Shown: one piece after another, positions 54,690-63,401 of the stretch
How the letters are laid out: each line of letters begins with the position of its first letter
Numbering within the stretch: position 1 is the stretch's first letter
IMG/VR virus record: IMGVR_UViG_2808606883_000001
Location: 3,917 to 67,916 of that record
Strand: one strand, 5' to 3'
DNA length: 64,000 bases
From: a virus
Lineage: Duplodnaviria > Caudoviricetes
Notes under the pieces: model-generated
Told to the model about the DNA's origin: nothing
Database searches by the model: none
Seen by the model: only the letters and a program-made list of their open reading frames with translations
Made by a program: the position numbers and the translations under genes

Positions 54690-54713
54690 AAGCCCGCTTA
54701 TGCGGGCTTTTTT
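54690..54713 (+). terminator. Intrinsic terminator
   Basis: AAGCCCGC-TTAT-GCGGGCTT followed by TTTTT. Confidence 0.75.
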
Positions 54714-54724
54714 ATTGCCCGAAC

Positions 54725-55921
54725 ATGGCGACAATCCCGATCACGATGTCAAGCGCGGGCATGGTGCCGACGCCGCCCGCAACCATCCTGCAAAATCTTA
54801 TCGCCAACGTTCAGGCGACAAATCCGGGATATACGGTCCTTCCCGCGGGGCTTATCGAGGATATTTCTTCGACGGACGTAGGTGCCATTGCCCTCTGCGA
54901 TTCCGCTCTTTCAGAGCTTATCGCGAGCGTTTCGCCATACGCCGCGAATCCCTACATTCTCGGATTGCTTGGTCAGGTCTATGGGGTAACGCAAGGGGTT
55001 GGATTCAACACGTCGGTCAATGTTGTTTTCTCTGGCCCGATTGGCTTCGTCATACCCCAGGGCTTCGTCGTATCGGACGGTTCGTATCAATACGCGACGC
55101 AAACCACGGCAATCATTGGGCAGAGCGGCTCCTCTCCCCAGGTATATTGCCTCGCCATCCTGCCCGGCACGTGGTCAATTCAGCCGAACACAGTAACGCA
55201 ACTTGTGACCTCTGTTCCGTCCGGAACGACGCTAACTGTCACGAACCCGAATGCAGGCACGCCAGGCTCCGGCGTTGAGACGACTGCGGCCTATCAGGCT
55301 CGAGTGCTCCAAGCCGGCCTAGCCGTGAGTCAAGGGATGACAACGGCGCTTAGAACGGCGCTGCAGCAGGTTTCCGGTGTGACGCCGCGGCTCGTATCGA
55401 TCAGACAGCCTTCGACGGGCCAGTGGGAAGTGATTGTTGGTGGCGGCGACCCATATCAAGTCGCCAACGCGATCTTCAACAGCCTGTTCGATATTTCGAC
55501 GTTGGTAGGATCGACCACCACGTCGCGCAATGTGACCGTCAACATCCTGGACTATCCGGATACCTACGCGATCACGTTCGTTGTGCCGCCTCAGCAGACG
55601 GTCGGAATGACGGTCACATGGAACACAATCTCGAGCAACTACGTTTCGACCGCGGCTATCGCGCAGGCCGGGCAGCCGGCGATTGTCAACTACATCAATA
55701 GCCTGGTAGTTGGGCAGCCGATCAACCTCCTAGAGGTCCAGCAGGTCTTCCAAAACGCCATCGCGAATATCCTGCCCTCCCAAAACCTGACTCGCCTCGT
55801 GCTTTCTGTGACGGTCAATGGCGTCTCGGTAAGTCCTCCGGCGGGATCGCAGTACATCCAGGGCGATGTCGAGTCCTATTTCTATACGACGGCATCCAAC
55901 ATCAGCATCGTTCAGGGCTAA
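54725..55921 (+). CDS. Baseplate J-like protein
   Basis: ETTAAYQARVL, GGGDPYQVANAIF motifs. Confidence 0.82.
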   Translation: MATIPITMSSAGMVPTPPATILQNLIANVQATNPGYTVLPAGLIEDISSTDVGAIALCDSALSELIASVSPYAANPYILGLLGQVYGVTQGVGFNTSVNVVFSGPIGFVIPQGFVVSDGSYQYATQTTAIIGQSGSSPQVYCLAILPGTWSIQPNTVTQLVTSVPSGTTLTVTNPNAGTPGSGVETTAAYQARVLQAGLAVSQGMTTALRTALQQVSGVTPRLVSIRQPSTGQWEVIVGGGDPYQVANAIFNSLFDISTLVGSTTTSRNVTVNILDYPDTYAITFVVPPQQTVGMTVTWNTISSNYVSTAAIAQAGQPAIVNYINSLVVGQPINLLEVQQVFQNAIANILPSQNLTRLVLSVTVNGVSVSPPAGSQYIQGDVESYFYTTASNISIVQG

Positions 55922-55924
55922 GCG

Positions 55925-56662
55925 ATGACAACGCCAGTTCCGCCGTATCAAGTTCAGGGGACGGTGCAGAAGACGATTCCGTCATACCTGTACTGGCAAT
56001 ACAACGACGATCCAAATCTCCAGGCGTTCGTCAATAGCTACAACCAGATCACCCAGAACTATGTCGACACGTTTAACCAGCTAAACCTCCCAGTCTATAC
56101 GGGATCGCTAATTACTGGCGCCTTGCTTGACTGGGTGGCGAATGGAATTTACGGACAAACGCGCCCAAGCCTTCCCTCCGGAAAGGCGCAGGCGCAAGGC
56201 GCCTATGACACAGCCGCATATGACTCGATCACGTACAACACCGTCAGACTGGTTGGGCAGGGAAATTTCTACGTTACGACAGATGATGTTTTCAAGCGGA
56301 TCCTGACGTGGAATCTATACAAAGGTGACGGCAGAGCATTCACGGTTAGATGGCTGAAGCGCCGAATCGTTAGGTTCTTGGTTGGCGCAAACGGCATTGA
56401 TCCTGGCGTCAATCAAACCTATCAGGTCAGCGTGACCTTTGGGCCGCCGAATGTCATCAACATTCGACTGCTAAAGGGAGTTCGTACGGTCACGGGAGGC
56501 GCCTACAACACGAAGCCATTCAATGCGGTCTCCTTCAACTCCGTCACCTCGTTTTTCACGCAGCTAACGGCATTTCCCCTCGCGCCAATTCTTCAATCTG
56601 CAATCCAGTCGGGCGCAGTCCAGTTGCCATTCCAATTTCAGTACGTCGTTACGACTCAATAA
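55925..56662 (+). CDS. Baseplate wedge protein (DUF2612-like)
   Basis: GALLDWVANGIYGQTR, DDVFKRIL motifs. Confidence 0.75.
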   Translation: MTTPVPPYQVQGTVQKTIPSYLYWQYNDDPNLQAFVNSYNQITQNYVDTFNQLNLPVYTGSLITGALLDWVANGIYGQTRPSLPSGKAQAQGAYDTAAYDSITYNTVRLVGQGNFYVTTDDVFKRILTWNLYKGDGRAFTVRWLKRRIVRFLVGANGIDPGVNQTYQVSVTFGPPNVINIRLLKGVRTVTGGAYNTKPFNAVSFNSVTSFFTQLTAFPLAPILQSAIQSGAVQLPFQFQYVVTTQ

Positions 56663-56671
56663 GGACAATTC

Positions 56672-58090
56672 ATGTCTGTCGAGCTCTTCGCCAATAACGC
56701 TCAGACCACCCTCGCGAGCGCGGTTAGCAATACCGCAACGACCATCACGCTTTCGTCTGGTGCGGGCGCACTTTTCCCCAATCCGACCGGAAGCCAGTTC
56801 TTCCGTGTCACGCTGATTGATGCGACGACGGGGCTTCTCCATGAGATTTGCTATTGCACGGCGCGTTCCGGCGATACCCTGACGGTCACGCGCGGACAAG
56901 AAGGCACAACCGCCCTGACTTGGAGTGCCGGCGATACGGTCGCCAATTTGCCGACCGCGGGTGCGATGGCAAATCTGACGCAGCAGCAGCAGATTCAGCA
57001 GAACCTGTACAACTATGCCGCCGATACGGGTACGGCGAACAGCTATGTTGTCACCCTGAGCCCGGCTTCGCTCGCCACTCCTGCGGCTGGAGCCTTGATC
57101 TACTTCAAGGCGGCAAACGCAAATACCAGCTCAAGTACTCTCACGGTCAATGGTGGAACGTCTTACCCACTTGTCGGTGGCGCGCACACTGCGCTGCAGG
57201 GGGGTGAGATTGTCGCTGGCGGTTTCTGCATCGCCGAGTGGAACGCCGCACTGTCGAGTTACGTTCTCCTCGAGTGCACCGGCGCCGCCCTCCAAGTCGC
57301 CCTCGCCACGCAGAGTCAGCATGCGGTGCAGTTCGGGCAGGTCTCGGGCGTTGTGGGATCGGTGCGAAATCTGGTGATGAGCGTCACGGCTGCGTCCGCT
57401 ACGGCTACGCTTACGGCCGATGAGATCATCGTCGAAACAGCGCTCGGCGGTCTGCGCTACTGCCTCGCATCGTTCAACAAGACAGTCAACCTCGCGACGA
57501 CTGGCGCGGGCGGCATGGACACCGGCAGCGCACCGACGTCGGGCTATGTTGCGCTGTACGCGATCTACAATCCGACGACGCAGACGGCGGCGCTGCTCGC
57601 GACGAATGCAACGAGCGTGGTGGCTCCGAATGTGTACGGTGGCGCTAACATGCCGTCTGGCTATACGGCTAGTGGACTCATTTCGGTATGGCCGACGAAT
57701 TCAAGCGGGCAGTTCATCGCTGGCCTACAAACAGATCGCGTTCTGAGCTGCTACTCGTCTTCGGCAGGTCAGGCCCTGAACTCTTCGGTTACGCAATCAT
57801 CGCCTACCGCGCTCTCCATTGCGTCGCTGGTCCCGAAGAATGCCAAATATGTGACTGGCAATCTTCAGATGAGTTCCACCGCAGCATCGACCGAAAATTT
57901 GGGTGTCTATCCCACTAGCTTTACTTTTGGCGTGGTAGGAAATTTGTTTGCTGCGGCCGGATCCTCTGCAACTATCTCTCAATCATTCGGGCGTTTGCCG
58001 TTAGGTGTTCAGCAGACGATTTACTACACAGCTACCAATACCGCAGGAACACCTAGTTTTCAGATTATCATCACTGGATACGAAATCTAA
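56672..58090 (+). CDS. Tail fibre protein
   Basis: FANNAQTTL N-terminus; YAADTGTANSY; ATQSQHAV; GGMDTGSAP; PSGYTAS modules. Confidence 0.85.
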   Translation: MSVELFANNAQTTLASAVSNTATTITLSSGAGALFPNPTGSQFFRVTLIDATTGLLHEICYCTARSGDTLTVTRGQEGTTALTWSAGDTVANLPTAGAMANLTQQQQIQQNLYNYAADTGTANSYVVTLSPASLATPAAGALIYFKAANANTSSSTLTVNGGTSYPLVGGAHTALQGGEIVAGGFCIAEWNAALSSYVLLECTGAALQVALATQSQHAVQFGQVSGVVGSVRNLVMSVTAASATATLTADEIIVETALGGLRYCLASFNKTVNLATTGAGGMDTGSAPTSGYVALYAIYNPTTQTAALLATNATSVVAPNVYGGANMPSGYTASGLISVWPTNSSGQFIAGLQTDRVLSCYSSSAGQALNSSVTQSSPTALSIASLVPKNAKYVTGNLQMSSTAASTENLGVYPTSFTFGVVGNLFAAAGSSATISQSFGRLPLGVQQTIYYTATNTAGTPSFQIIITGYEI

Positions 58091-58100
58091 AGGTCTTTAC

Positions 58101-58280
58101 ATGCTAAACGTTCAATTCTCAGATGACTCTGAAACATCTATCATAAGTTACTTCTCATCTCCGCAAGATCCAAAAGTCTGGGGCAATTGCGGAACTGTCG
58201 ATGTAACGGATGAGCGCTGGAAGGCATACTACAATTCACAGTCGGCAATTTTCCAATCATCGATTCCGGAGCCCGCCTAA
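58101..58280 (+). CDS. Tail fibre assembly protein
   Basis: VQFSDDSE..YFSSPQDP..DERWKAYY. Confidence 0.7.
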   Translation: MLNVQFSDDSETSIISYFSSPQDPKVWGNCGTVDVTDERWKAYYNSQSAIFQSSIPEPA

Positions 58281-58285
58281 TGATC

Positions 58286-59494
58286 CTATGTCGCTGCAGT
58301 TTCCTCTGAAGTGCTTTGATCTTGAATGGATGATGATAGTTTTTGAATGGCATCAATCATCATCCCCGCGATGATTTCGCCGTCATATAGCCGATTGAAG
58401 GCGTCAGTTTGTTTCTTGACGAGATTATCAATCGCCGTCGTCGTCGACCATGCTTTCCATAATGCTGATGCCGCTTCCTCATATTGGAATGGATCAACTA
58501 CGATGCCTGAGCCTGCCATCGTTTGTCCAATTGCAGTGAGGTTGTGAGTGACTACGGGGATGCCTGCTGACATAGACTCAACTAGAGGGATGCAAAATCC
58601 CTCATGATGACTGAAGCACGCATAGACGTCGGCTTGCTGATATAGGTCCTTGAGTCTATCGTCCGTGGTGCGCAGGCACATTTCGATCTCAAGCAAGGAA
58701 TTGTTTGAGGATTTTGCAAGCAGATCGGCAACATAAATTGGCTCGCATTTTGCGCCAACGATGGTAAGTCGAGTTGCTGATTTCGTGAGATTTGCAAGTG
58801 ATTCAGCGAATCTGATGACGCCTTCGATGTTCTTGCTTGAGTAAATTCGGCTTACGGTTAAAATGTGTGAGGGGACCAATTTCCGTATGCTGCGCTTGCC
58901 AGAAAACCGATCCACGGCTACTACGGGAGGAAACATCCGTGTCGGTGGAAATTTGTCATGTGCCGCTGCATGCTTGGCTTGATCAATGTTGAATATCGAT
59001 CCAGAAAACACCATGTCAAACTTGCTCATAAGCGACAAATGACTCAGGCCATCTCGACATGTTTCAACGAAATCTGGTGAATATGGCGCATATGACTCGG
59101 GCGGTGTCGTTATACCTTGGTAAAAGGCTGCCTTTTTTGTTTTGCTATCGGTTATTGTTCTCAGTAGTGAGTCGCCAACATAATAATGGTAAAGAATGCA
59201 ATCGTATTCTGAATCTGAAAACTCATCACGCGATTTGATGATGTCGGATTTTATGCCGGTGAAATTGTTGCATACTATGCTAACGTGACATCCGGCCGTC
59301 ATTAGCACAATTGCTTGCTCACTAACAGACGTAGAAATTGAATCGAATCTGTAAAAGTCGATGCAAATAATCGCTACGCGCAAGCCGGAAAGAAATTTGC
59401 GCTGCAGCATGGCTTTTTGGGCGTGCCGTTCAACATCGTGCCACCATGGCAAGACAGGCTCAAGGTCTTTTGCTGTTGGAATCCCGACACGCAC
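58286..59494 (-). CDS. Glycosyltransferase family 4 (GT-B), AT-richer moron gene
   Basis: GAAGGAG RBS; SRIYSSKNIE; SHHEGFCIPLVESMSAGIPVV; visibly AT-richer than flanks. Confidence 0.9.
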   Translation of the reverse strand: MRVGIPTAKDLEPVLPWWHDVERHAQKAMLQRKFLSGLRVAIICIDFYRFDSISTSVSEQAIVLMTAGCHVSIVCNNFTGIKSDIIKSRDEFSDSEYDCILYHYYVGDSLLRTITDSKTKKAAFYQGITTPPESYAPYSPDFVETCRDGLSHLSLMSKFDMVFSGSIFNIDQAKHAAAHDKFPPTRMFPPVVAVDRFSGKRSIRKLVPSHILTVSRIYSSKNIEGVIRFAESLANLTKSATRLTIVGAKCEPIYVADLLAKSSNNSLLEIEMCLRTTDDRLKDLYQQADVYACFSHHEGFCIPLVESMSAGIPVVTHNLTAIGQTMAGSGIVVDPFQYEEAASALWKAWSTTTAIDNLVKKQTDAFNRLYDGEIIAGMMIDAIQKLSSSIQDQSTSEETAAT

Positions 59495-59540
59495 AAGTAG
59501 CTCCTTCAGTTGATTTTCGAAGTCGGAAGTATAACCGAGG

Positions 59541-60300
59541 CTAGAACGTGTAATTCAACGTCACTAGGTGCGCGCCGACGATGCCTGGCATCTGCTCGTT
59601 GTCGGCCGAGCCGCCCGAGCTTCGCCCGAACAGGTAGTTGTAGCGAAGCGTGAACGCCTTGTACGAAACCGACGCCCCCGTGATGATGCCGACGCTCAGC
59701 TTCGGCGACGTGCTCAGGGTGTGCACCGTTCCCGGAGGGCCGAGCTTGAACCCATCGTTCAGGACGGTCGCATGCGTCATCCACGTTGTGCGAGAAATCG
59801 CCGGGCCCGCTTCAACGCCGACCGTCCAGCCGCCGCCCAGATTCCAGTACGGTTCTACGGTGAATGCGACCGATTGGATGCGCCCGTAGGACTCGAAGCG
59901 GGACATCTGGCCGCAGTTGTTCTCGATGCATCCTCTGCCGCCCATATCGTAGCCGCCGCGCATGCCGCGCGCCGTGAAGTCTCCTTCGTCCTGCGGGGAC
60001 AGCGCGTCCCACGAGACCTTGCCGAAGTTGATGTAGTCGGCGTGAAAGCGCACGCCAGGGCGCCAGTGATCCGGATGCCATGCGTTGATTTGCACGCCCA
60101 CACGGAACGCTGGCGCGATGGTCGGTGCCTTGTAGGGAAACGGAGGACTATAATACGCGCCCTGACCTTGTCGAGTGTAGATCGACGCGCCGACGCCGGA
60201 TTCGAACTGAAACCATGATTCCGCGCGCGCCTGCATAGCCGCGGCACAGCCGATCACTATCGCTACGGCTGCGGCTATCCATCGAGATCCAAATCGATTC
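59541..60300 (-). CDS. Outer-membrane beta-barrel protein (start unresolved)
   Basis: Signal-like RWIAAAVAIVIGCAAAMQARA; amphipathic strands; C-terminal HLVTLNYTF beta-signal. Confidence 0.7.
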
Positions 60301-60544
60301 GTGCTCCGACCAGCCTGCACCAATCGAAGACCTCGCTGACCTTGGCCCCCGTATTCAGCATGGCACCAGCAAGGAAAAGCATAGGCAAGCTCATCGGCCT
60401 CGGATTGTGTCCGCCCGTGTACTTGCGCCATTGATTGTTGCCGGCCAGTCCGAATAGGTCGGCCATCTGCTCGCCCGTATAACCGAGTTGGTCCTTCAGA
60501 TTGCGAAGGTCTTGCGGTGTGGGCGGCGTATATCGGATTGGCAT
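60275..60544 (-). CDS. Small XRE-like HTH regulator
   Basis: YTPPTPQDLRNLKDQLGYTGEQMADLFG..QWRKYTGG. Confidence 0.75.
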   Translation of the reverse strand: MPIRYTPPTPQDLRNLKDQLGYTGEQMADLFGLAGNNQWRKYTGGHNPRPMSLPMLFLAGAMLNTGAKVSEVFDWCRLVGARIDLDLDG

Positions 60545-60638
60545 GCCGAAAAGCGCGAGAAACGCGCGCGCAAAGTATGGTTTTCATGGTCGTCCTTTCG
60601 GAGGTGGCGGGCTGCGCTTGGCGCTACCCAACAGCCTC

Positions 60639-60667
60639 AATATAGCCCCTAAAGGGCTTATCGTCAA
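60639..60667 (-). promoter_or_regulatory. Sigma70 promoter of the moron operon with palindromic operator
   Basis: -35 TTGACG, 17 bp spacer, -10 TATATT; AGCCC-N5-GGGCT at 60644-60658. Confidence 0.75.
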
Positions 60668-60679
60668 GAATTATTTATT

Positions 60680-60705
60680 GCCGCCTCAGGGCGGCTTTTT
60701 CATTT
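60680..60705 (+). terminator. Intrinsic terminator-like hairpin
   Basis: GCCGCC-TCAG-GGCGGC followed by TTTTT. Confidence 0.65.
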
Positions 60706-60721
60706 CTCCAACGGGGCATCG

Positions 60722-61075
60722 ATGACCGACCTACACAAGACCTTGGACGATCACGAAATTCGTATCGCGCTGCTAGAGCAATCCCGCTCGGACCATGCGG
60801 CATCCATTGCCGAACTCAAGGAAAGCGAAAAGGCCATTCTTGAGCGGCTTGCGATGACCGCTACGAAGGAAGATGTGATGAACCTACGCGGGCACTTCGA
60901 CGAAGGCCTGAACGGCGTCCTTCGCGATGCGATCAATGCGGTTCCGCAGCATGCGGCCAACGATATTGCACGCCGCGGCGTGGCAACGGCTGGGCGGGCG
61001 AATGTCTGGCTGGCGATCGCCGGCTTAGGCAGTCTTGCGGCGGCGCTCGTGATGCTGGCCGAGCATTTCAAATGA
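60722..61075 (+). CDS. Coiled-coil protein with C-terminal TM (lysis module)
   Basis: RIALLEQ heptads; C-terminal hydrophobic helix. Confidence 0.65.
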   Translation: MTDLHKTLDDHEIRIALLEQSRSDHAASIAELKESEKAILERLAMTATKEDVMNLRGHFDEGLNGVLRDAINAVPQHAANDIARRGVATAGRANVWLAIAGLGSLAAALVMLAEHFK

Positions 61076-61509
61076 AACCGACCATCGGGCAGCGTGCGGC
61101 CGATGCTGTCGCTGCCAGCGTGGGATCGTGGACCTTCCTGATCGCCTTCAACATCGGTATGGCGGTGTGGTGTGCGGTGAATCTTGCGCTCGGAAGCGCA
61201 GCATTCGACCCGGCGCCATTTATCGGGTTGAACCTGCTTCTCTCATGGCTGGCCGGCGTACAAGCCCCGGTCATCATGATCTCGCAGAACCGCCAGGAAG
61301 AGATCGGCCGCGAGACTCAGCTCGCCATCCTTCGGCTGCTGCAAGCCCAGCAACACGTCATGCAGCAACAGATCGGTCACATCGCCACGTCGAATGAACT
61401 GCTGGCGCAAACGAAGAAAACCGTATCCCACCTGCTCAAACTGGCCGAATCGCAAGGCGTGATGCTCGAGCAGATTCTTGAGGAAGTCGAAGATGAACCT
61501 GACGCCTGA
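61072..61509 (+). CDS. DUF1003-like membrane protein
   Basis: GQRAADAVAASVGSWTFL..DPAPFIGLNLLLS..QAPVIMISQNRQ. Confidence 0.8.
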   Translation: MKPTIGQRAADAVAASVGSWTFLIAFNIGMAVWCAVNLALGSAAFDPAPFIGLNLLLSWLAGVQAPVIMISQNRQEEIGRETQLAILRLLQAQQHVMQQQIGHIATSNELLAQTKKTVSHLLKLAESQGVMLEQILEEVEDEPDA

Positions 61510-62140
61510 AGTTCTCATGGCGGGAACGGGCGCGACCGCGCTTCGGGCCGCGCAATGGCTACAGCCGATGCAGGCTACATGTGATCGCTTCCAGATCAAC
61601 ACGCCACTGCGTGTGGCCGCGTTTCTTGCGCAGTGCGGACACGAGAGCGCCGGCCTGACGTCGACCGCCGAGTCATTCGACTACAGCATCGCCGCGCTGC
61701 CACAGACCTTCCGCCGCATCACGCCCGCACTCGCCGCAACGCTTGGCCGACAGCTTGGGGAGCGCATGGTGCCGCTCGATCGTCAACGGCGCATCGCGAA
61801 CATCGCCTATGCGGGGCAGCTTGGCAACGGTGACAGCACGACCGGCGACGGCTGGTCATTCCGTGGCTCGGGCTGCCTACAGCTAACCGGACGCAGCAAC
61901 TTCGAAGCGTGCGGCACCGACTTGCACCTCGACCTAGCTGGCGAGCCTGACCGTGTTCGCACCGATCCTGCATTGGCCGCGCTCGTCGCCGGTTGGTTTT
62001 GGTCGACGCGCGGGCTAAATGTGCTGGCTGATGCGGGGAACTTCCTCGGCATTACCAAGCGCATCAATCCAGCCATGCTAGGCTCGTCGCATCGCAACGC
62101 ACTATATGCTGCAACAAAGATGGCGATGGGCATTGCCTGA
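61493..62140 (+). CDS. Endolysin, glycoside hydrolase family 19
   Basis: AAFLAQCGHES, DGWSFRGSGCLQLTGRSN, AGWFW, ITKRIN. Confidence 0.92.
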   Translation: MNLTPEVLMAGTGATALRAAQWLQPMQATCDRFQINTPLRVAAFLAQCGHESAGLTSTAESFDYSIAALPQTFRRITPALAATLGRQLGERMVPLDRQRRIANIAYAGQLGNGDSTTGDGWSFRGSGCLQLTGRSNFEACGTDLHLDLAGEPDRVRTDPALAALVAGWFWSTRGLNVLADAGNFLGITKRINPAMLGSSHRNALYAATKMAMGIA

Positions 62141-62172
62141 AAGCATAGCCGCCGTTTATGCATCTCATGCAT

Positions 62173-62195
62173 AGCCGCCTTCTGGCGGTTTTTTT
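62173..62195 (+). terminator. Intrinsic terminator
   Basis: AGCCGCC-TTCT-GGCGGTT followed by TTTTT. Confidence 0.65.
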
Positions 62196-62201
62196 ACGCC
62201 T

Positions 62202-62675
62202 ATGACACAAGCACACGAACTGCGCGAAACGCTGCAGGTGGACGTGCTCACGCCTTCGCATGCCGATCGCGTCACGACTCCATTGTTTCGCCACACGAAG
62301 CAAACACTGGTAAGCGCCGATCCCCGTTGCTGGATTTGCGGGCAGACGGCGGAAGAACTCGGCCAGCCGCTGGAGGCGCATCACGCCGGGATTGAGCGCA
62401 GTTTCGCTGAGGGTGAAATAGACTGGGAGCGCGTGAAGGCCGATTTCCCGCATCACGACTGGTCGAAGTTCGACCCGGCCAACCCGTACACCTTTGTCGA
62501 CGATATGAGTCCGGTTACCGGCCAGGGTCTCTTGCTGTGCAAGCAGCATCACACAGGCAAAGGAACTGGGATACACACGCTCCCTTGGCCTCTATTCCTG
62601 CTGCAGCGCTACCTGAAAGATGGCGCGCAGTTCACCCCAGATGAAGTGATCCATCACGATCCGGAGCATCTATGA
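62202..62675 (+). CDS. HNH-like/Cys-His hypothetical protein
   Basis: CWICG..LEAHH..LLLCKQHH. Confidence 0.6.
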   Translation: MTQAHELRETLQVDVLTPSHADRVTTPLFRHTKQTLVSADPRCWICGQTAEELGQPLEAHHAGIERSFAEGEIDWERVKADFPHHDWSKFDPANPYTFVDDMSPVTGQGLLLCKQHHTGKGTGIHTLPWPLFLLQRYLKDGAQFTPDEVIHHDPEHL

Positions 62676-62902
62676 ACAAACTCTCCCCCGCTCAGACCGG
62701 CGCTGCCGGCGCGGTAACTGCTGCTGTCCTGTCTGTACTCGCAGCCATCGTCAAGCACTACCATATTGACCTTGATGGCGATGCGCAGGTCTCTATAGCC
62801 GTTGGCGTTGTGTCCGGCGCTCATTGGCTGGTGAATTTGATCGCCTCACGCGCTGAAGCTAAATCGACAATGACCGCAGCAAATCAAGCTACACCGCAGT
62901 AA
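62672..62902 (+). CDS. Holin-like two-TM protein
   Basis: 76 aa with two hydrophobic segments, in the lysis region. Confidence 0.6.
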   Translation: MNKLSPAQTGAAGAVTAAVLSVLAAIVKHYHIDLDGDAQVSIAVGVVSGAHWLVNLIASRAEAKSTMTAANQATPQ

Positions 62903-62975
62903 TCCCGTCTGGCCGCGTCTGCGGCAAACCTCTGGAGCCGACCTCCGGAGCTATCCCGAAACATCCGGAGTTCCC

Positions 62976-63401
62976 ATGCTTAAGAAACTATGCCTTATGG
63001 CAGGCCTCGCCGCGTGCGCATTGTTCGCCGCCTGCTCGTCCCTTCCGACCGCCCAACAGCAATTCCAAACCGGCTGCACGATTGTCAACGGCGATTTGTC
63101 CATCCTCGCAACATCACCGCTGCTGAACGCGGACCAACAAGCCACGATCTCGAAGACGATCCTGCCGGCGAACGAAGCCATCTGCAAGGCAGGCACACAG
63201 CTGAACGTCGCCGATCTTAAGGCGTTCCATGATTCGCTGCTGCCGGCCGCAATCACGATCGTACAGGCCGTGCCGGCGCTGCCGCAGCAACAGGCCATCC
63301 TGCTCGGCCTGCAAACGTTTGGTCCGATTGTTCAGGCGCTTGTTGATCAGATCCTGACGGCGGCGGCGCCGACGCCGCTCGCGGGCGCGCCACTGAAATG
63401 A
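62976..63401 (+). CDS. Lipoprotein
   Basis: Lipobox FAAC followed by SS. Confidence 0.75.
   Translation: MLKKLCLMAGLAACALFAACSSLPTAQQQFQTGCTIVNGDLSILATSPLLNADQQATISKTILPANEAICKAGTQLNVADLKAFHDSLLPAAITIVQAVPALPQQQAILLGLQTFGPIVQALVDQILTAAAPTPLAGAPLK

Noticed and set aside
52950-58090. A fourth VR in the tail fibre genes
   Set aside because: No match to the TR 3' end (GAGTTGCGCGCCCGCGCCGTCCGCAGA) was seen by eye; a computational scan should confirm this.
59541-60587. 348-aa ORF taken at face value as one protein
   Set aside because: The first 95 or so residues overlap a convincing HTH gene in another frame and look non-protein-like; only the barrel part is called (see the frame-puzzle finding).
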